Shown in pieces: positions 59,624-64,000 of a DNA stretch of 64,000 nucleotides (its first letter is position 1; every line of letters begins with the position of its first letter). This stretch comes from Fidelibacterota bacterium. GTDB lineage: Bacteria; Fidelibacterota; Marinisomatia; Marinisomatales; Marinisomataceae. The notes beneath the pieces are model-generated. The model was given only the letters and a program-made list of their open reading frames with translations, had not been told where the DNA came from and did not search any database. The translations under genes and the position numbers were made by a program. The stretch lies in contig JBJKZL010000001.1 in assembly GCA_045560295.1 (NCBI GenBank), positions 661,973 through 725,972 of the forward strand, written 5' to 3'.

Positions 59624-60571
59624 TTATTCTTTTATGATAGTTGTGCCTGCTTTTCCTTCAATTGCTTTTTGGATATTCGCAATATTAGTAATAACTGCTT
59701 TTTTACCATGATGCTTTAAGAAATGGATAGCTGATCGAATTTTTGGCCACATACTTCCTTGTTGAAAATGTCCTTCTTTTTGAAGTTTTTTTGCTTCTCT
59801 ATCTGTCATTTGACGGATTGATGATTGTTTTGGTGTGTTAAAATTTTTGTATACTTGATCTATATCCGTTATGATATAATATTCTTGCGCTCGAATAACT
59901 CTTCCTAGTTTTGCTGCACTTAAATCCTTGTCAACAACAGAGTCGACACCTTTCAGCTTATTATCATCCGTGTTATAAACAGGAATTCCACCCCCTCCTG
60001 CAGCAATGACTATAGTACCAGACTCTACTAAGGTACGAATACTATCACCATGCATTACATACTCTGGATCAGGTGATGGAACTACGCGTCGCCATTGACC
60101 AGCTTCTTGCTCTTTTATATCCCAACCCATATTTCTTGCTAATTCTTCGGCTTCTTCAAACGAATATCGTTTACCAACAAATTTTGTTGGATTTTGAAAT
60201 GAAGGATCATCTTTGTTTACAATCACTTGAGTTACCATAGTAACTACTTCTTTATCAATATTTTCATCTCTTAAAGCGTTTTGAAATGTTTGTTGAATCA
60301 TATATCCAATAGTGCCTTGAGTACCTGCTACACAAATACCTAACGGAATAGGTGGAACCACATCACGAGTAAGATCCATGCGTAATAATTCATCTCCAAC
60401 TTGAGGGCCATTTCCATGAGTAAGACAAATATTATAATCCTCACGAACGAATTCCATAATTTGTTGAAAGGAGTTTCGAGTATTGTTGAACTGCTCTGAC
60501 ATAGTTCCTGCTTCTTTCTTTTGAGAAAGTGCATTTCCTCCAAGAGCGATGATGGCTGTTTTTTTCACCAA
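59624..60571 (-). CDS. arcC: Carbamate kinase
   Basis: ALGGNAL, THGNGPQVG, PTKFVG, RRVVPSP, GGGGIPV, VDKD, GSMWPK. Confidence 0.95.
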   Translation of the reverse strand: MVKKTAIIALGGNALSQKKEAGTMSEQFNNTRNSFQQIMEFVREDYNICLTHGNGPQVGDELLRMDLTRDVVPPIPLGICVAGTQGTIGYMIQQTFQNALRDENIDKEVVTMVTQVIVNKDDPSFQNPTKFVGKRYSFEEAEELARNMGWDIKEQEAGQWRRVVPSPDPEYVMHGDSIRTLVESGTIVIAAGGGGIPVYNTDDNKLKGVDSVVDKDLSAAKLGRVIRAQEYYIITDIDQVYKNFNTPKQSSIRQMTDREAKKLQKEGHFQQGSMWPKIRSAIHFLKHHGKKAVITNIANIQKAIEGKAGTTIIKE

Positions 60572-60642
60572 ATAATTTACTAAAAAAAAATTAACTAAGA
60601 CTATGTTAGTAATTATTTGTAAAAACTATTCATTTTAGGGAA

Positions 60643-60786
60643 CTATGTAGTTTTATGCTTATTTCTTCTGCATCTTTCACTACAATATTTTACAAACTCC
60701 CAATTTTTTTTCCATTTTTTTCTCCATGTAAAAGATAGGTTACATGTAGGGCAAATCTTGGTTGGAAGATGTTCTTTTTTCTTTAT
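60643..60786 (-). CDS. DUF2256 family small Cys-rich protein (not in ORF track), apparent ATA start
   Basis: [39 protein letters not shown]. Confidence 0.85.
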   Translation of the reverse strand: MKKKEHLPTKICPTCNLSFTWRKKWKKNWEFVKYCSERCRRNKHKTT

Positions 60787-61340
60787 AAGGCTTTCAAATG
60801 TTCAATTTCCAAGGAAAAGCTTCCTGATTGCTTATCAGAAATAAGTATTCCTAAAGAATTTATTTTATGAATTTTGAATCTGGGGGCTCTAGTTTTTCTA
60901 CCAAAATAGTATGGCTTAAAATCTTCAATTGGAATTTCTATATCAACCCACTCGTCTTTTATGGTAGAAAAGTCTGCTGAATAATTAGCATAGCTTCCAC
61001 CGATTCTAAAGCGAAGCTTATAAATATTTCCATCTCCTTTAACGCGTAATAAAAATTTTGTACTGCCCTTTAATTGGCTTCCATTATATCCCATTCTACA
61101 AGAAGCAAATCCTCCGTTATTCTCAAGAGAAACATTTCCCACAAACTTAATATTATTAGCTTTGTTAAGATAGATTGATGATTGAGATATTCCTCCCATT
61201 ACACCATCGTTGACAATGTTCCAATTATCAATCCCGATATTTTCAGATGGTTTAATAATTACAATATTTTGAGCAAAAATAAATGTATTAAAGAATAAAG
61301 CTACTAGAGCAAAAATATATTTTCTTCTTAAATATAGCAT
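60783..61340 (-). CDS. CIA30 family protein
   Basis: [41 protein letters not shown]. Confidence 0.92.
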   Translation of the reverse strand: MLYLRRKYIFALVALFFNTFIFAQNIVIIKPSENIGIDNWNIVNDGVMGGISQSSIYLNKANNIKFVGNVSLENNGGFASCRMGYNGSQLKGSTKFLLRVKGDGNIYKLRFRIGGSYANYSADFSTIKDEWVDIEIPIEDFKPYYFGRKTRAPRFKIHKINSLGILISDKQSGSFSLEIEHLKAL

Positions 61341-61413
61341 AATGAACCTCTTTTTTTTATTAATTAATAATATAATCTATATACAACTTAGTAAACATTG
61401 AATAGGATCTTAA

Positions 61414-62613
61414 CTAATCAGAAGAATGTTGGGAAAAGAAATTCCACATTAACTGCTCCATAGAATTCCCATTATAAGATAAATTAAACCAGACATGATC
61501 TCCATTAACAAGTTTAAAGAGGTCGACTGTTGAATTATTATCCCCATTCAGGTAAGTATAGTTTTCAATATTGCCAACTACGTTTGTTTGAGGGGATGAA
61601 TCTGTATTATTATACTGAGACCAATAAGCTACAGTCGAATCTACAGACATCATATACCCTTGAATGCCATTATAAGGTCTACTTCCGTCATTGGTTCCAT
61701 TAAAGATCATTACTGAAGTAGGATGATTGGGTGAACATTCAGATGATGCATCATCCATGGGCATCAATCCTGATACTGGAGCAATTGCTGTTACCAGCGA
61801 ACTTTGATAACATGCCATTGAATATGAAAAATCAGCACCATTTGAATAGCCAGTTAAAAACACTCTATTAGAATCAATTGTATAATTACTAGAAATTTCA
61901 GACAATAAAGCTGCAAAAAATCCTATATCATCCTGACTACATTTATTATCTCCACCTGGTGGATTAGTATTCCATGTAGTACCATCATTACATACAAGCC
62001 CTTGAGGATAAACTGCAATAAAATTAAATTGATCTGCTAGAGCTCTAAAATCAGCAGTATTTATAAAATACTGGTTGTATCCACCAAAACCATGAAAGGC
62101 AAATAAGAGTGGTGTTACTGAGTTAGGGTCATAGCTAGAAGGAATATAGATTAAATATTCTCTAGTTTCGTTATCATAAGACATAGTTTTACTTAGTAAA
62201 CCTGTTTCAGTAGAAGTATCTGCCTCAATTATTGATATAGCATTAGTTTGGGTATATACATCTTGTCCTCCCGGTCCAGTAACTGTTAATGTTACATCAT
62301 ATGTTCCTTCATTTTCGTATCTATGAGAAAATGAAGAATATGTGCTTTCAATATCAGCATCATCATCAACATTCCATAGCCATGAATTGACTTCTCCAGT
62401 TGATGTACTTGTAAAGGTAATATCGATAGGAGCTTCTCCTCCATTTGATGAAATTGAAAAACTTGCTACAGGTTCAGGGATGATAACTCCTCCCCCTGAA
62501 TTTCCTCCTGATGTATCATCTCCAACATCTTCAACTGATTGAGTGGAACCTCCACTAGAGCATGCGACTAATAGAAAAAATAAAGTAAGATTTAGGCTGG
62601 ATTGTTTAAACAT
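61414..62613 (-). CDS. Lipoprotein with a PKD domain and a PHB-depolymerase/LpqC-type esterase domain
   Basis: LVAC lipobox; PKD (WLW...HRYENEGTYDVTLTVT); FHG, VYPQG, GYSNG, GTND, GDHVW. Confidence 0.85.
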   Translation of the reverse strand: MFKQSSLNLTLFFLLVACSSGGSTQSVEDVGDDTSGGNSGGGVIIPEPVASFSISSNGGEAPIDITFTSTSTGEVNSWLWNVDDDADIESTYSSFSHRYENEGTYDVTLTVTGPGGQDVYTQTNAISIIEADTSTETGLLSKTMSYDNETREYLIYIPSSYDPNSVTPLLFAFHGFGGYNQYFINTADFRALADQFNFIAVYPQGLVCNDGTTWNTNPPGGDNKCSQDDIGFFAALLSEISSNYTIDSNRVFLTGYSNGADFSYSMACYQSSLVTAIAPVSGLMPMDDASSECSPNHPTSVMIFNGTNDGSRPYNGIQGYMMSVDSTVAYWSQYNNTDSSPQTNVVGNIENYTYLNGDNNSTVDLFKLVNGDHVWFNLSYNGNSMEQLMWNFFSQHSSD

Positions 62614-62633
62614 AAAGTTCTTTTAATACTATA

Positions 62634-63647
62634 CTACAGTGACAATGATTGGATAATTTTTCCTTGATTATCTTTTAAATTCACCGTTAATGTATTTGTT
62701 AATTTATCGAGAAGTATTTCACCGTAATTCTCTTGAACAAACGTTGGACCTGAACGTAAAGGCCCATCTTCTTCGTCATTAGCAAATGCAAGATTTAAAC
62801 TACTAGATGTCATTTCAGATATAACTTTACCAGACTGTGTTGAAAATTGATACAACCCTCCTCTGTGACGATCTCCAGAAATGAAAAGAACCTCCGAAGA
62901 AGACTGATCAACTAAATCAATTAAACGTTGGCGTTCATGCGGCAATGTTTTCCATGCCTCCCATCCATGACCCATAGCTAAAAATTGAATAGATGTTACA
63001 ATAATTTTATGGTCTACTTCTTTGTCTAATTGCTCTTGCAACCATGCCCATTGATCTTCCCCAAGCATAGTTAAAGAAGTATCTGTATGAGGAATGTAGC
63101 GCTCTTTTCCTGGAGCTCCTCTTTCATCAGTAGGTAACAAGGCATCTCTAAAAAATCTTGTATCAAGAAAGATCATTTGTATTGAAATACCGTCAATCTC
63201 TTGAGTTTTTTCAAAATATAACCCAGGCCTAGCTCTGCGTATATCGTCTTGCGGAATATTCCAAAAATCAAGGAATATTTGCTCAGCTTCTACCTTGTAT
63301 ATATATTCTTTTCCTCCATCATTCTTACCATAGTCATGATCATCCCAAATTGCTTCAAAAGGAAAATTTAAGTTCAATCTATCAAAATTTTCACGTTGCT
63401 GTTCATATGCATCTCGTAACTCAATTAAATCATTACTATCTGTGTCACCGTACACATTATCACCAAGCATTAGAAACAAATCATAATTTTCAGACTTGAT
63501 TGCATTAAATATTGGCATTGGTTTTTCCTGCGTTAAACAAGATCCAAATCCAATACTATATACATGGGGTGGCTTAATATTTACTGAAGGCTCAGTGTTT
63601 TCACATGATACTAAAAAGATTAAAGCAATAAATAATAAATTTTTCAT
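62634..63647 (-). CDS. phoD: Alkaline phosphatase D family lipoprotein
   Basis: FGSC, GDNVYGD, WDDHDY, LDTR, SGDRH. Confidence 0.9.
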   Translation of the reverse strand: MKNLLFIALIFLVSCENTEPSVNIKPPHVYSIGFGSCLTQEKPMPIFNAIKSENYDLFLMLGDNVYGDTDSNDLIELRDAYEQQRENFDRLNLNFPFEAIWDDHDYGKNDGGKEYIYKVEAEQIFLDFWNIPQDDIRRARPGLYFEKTQEIDGISIQMIFLDTRFFRDALLPTDERGAPGKERYIPHTDTSLTMLGEDQWAWLQEQLDKEVDHKIIVTSIQFLAMGHGWEAWKTLPHERQRLIDLVDQSSSEVLFISGDRHRGGLYQFSTQSGKVISEMTSSSLNLAFANDEEDGPLRSGPTFVQENYGEILLDKLTNTLTVNLKDNQGKIIQSLSL

Positions 63648-63711
63648 GGAAAAAAGTTATATCTTATTTTTTAATAACGCAACGAAGTATAATTATGCTT
63701 ATAATTGCATC

Positions 63712-64000
63712 ATGCTTAAAAATATCGTATTTACTGTTATTGCTTTGGGTACTGTTCTTTTATCACAAAGCCTTCCTGCTAAAGCTCAGTTTGATAAAAG
63801 CTGGAGTAACCCAACAAAATATCCCGATCATATTCTTTTAAATTATTCTGATGATCCAGCCACGACTATCAGTGTAACTTGGAGAACAAATAAAGATATA
63901 AAAAAAGGGTTCGGTGAAATTGCTATAGCTAAAGGAGATCCAAAATTTATATTAAATACAGAAAAATTTACTGCGAAAACTTCAAACCTTAATTATTCAA
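63712..64000 (+). CDS. Purple-acid-phosphatase-like metallophosphoesterase, N-terminal FN3 part (cut by the window edge)
   Basis: Signal peptide then PTKYPDHILLNYSDDPATTISVTWRT; the frame appears open to the window end. Confidence 0.7.
   Translation, partial: MLKNIVFTVIALGTVLLSQSLPAKAQFDKSWSNPTKYPDHILLNYSDDPATTISVTWRTNKDIKKGFGEIAIAKGDPKFILNTEKFTAKTSNLNYS

Overview
Low-GC (about 30% by eye), gene-dense bacterial chromosome segment. The gene content resembles a streamlined marine FCB-group organism such as Ca. Marinimicrobia; that assignment is an inference. From left to right it carries: an alternative complex III operon (actA-B-C-D-E-F, actF cut by the window edge); a DASS transporter with a USP gene; divergent tpx/sodB; a TonB-dependent receptor, a lipoprotein and thiamine pyrophosphokinase; glpX with class I aldolase; SCO/DUF4396; tRNA-Lys(CTT) and a cold-shock gene; YHYH and MORN lipoproteins; ybdK-queC-queE-queD-queF; a surface-polysaccharide/polyphosphate block; YceI, a His-rich membrane protein and a Tat-Rieske lipoprotein; a 1111-aa internally duplicated CPBP protease; lipid metabolism genes; acs; menG/ubiE; an M16 peptidase; carbamate kinase; and phoD with a purple-acid-phosphatase-like gene. 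I found no transposase, integrase, prophage, CRISPR array or rRNA. The most notable observations are: (1) a 25-bp direct repeat marking a recombination junction between two divergent copies of a glycosyltransferase...glutaredoxin...small-ORF block; (2) a possible uncharacterised Rieske/cytochrome b-like/YceI quinone redox module; (3) several small genes missed by the ORF track, including a DUF2256 gene that appears to start at ATA and a gene broken in a poly-T tract; (4) a QueD lacking a canonical Zn-ligand His. All family calls come from motif recognition by eye; no searches were run.
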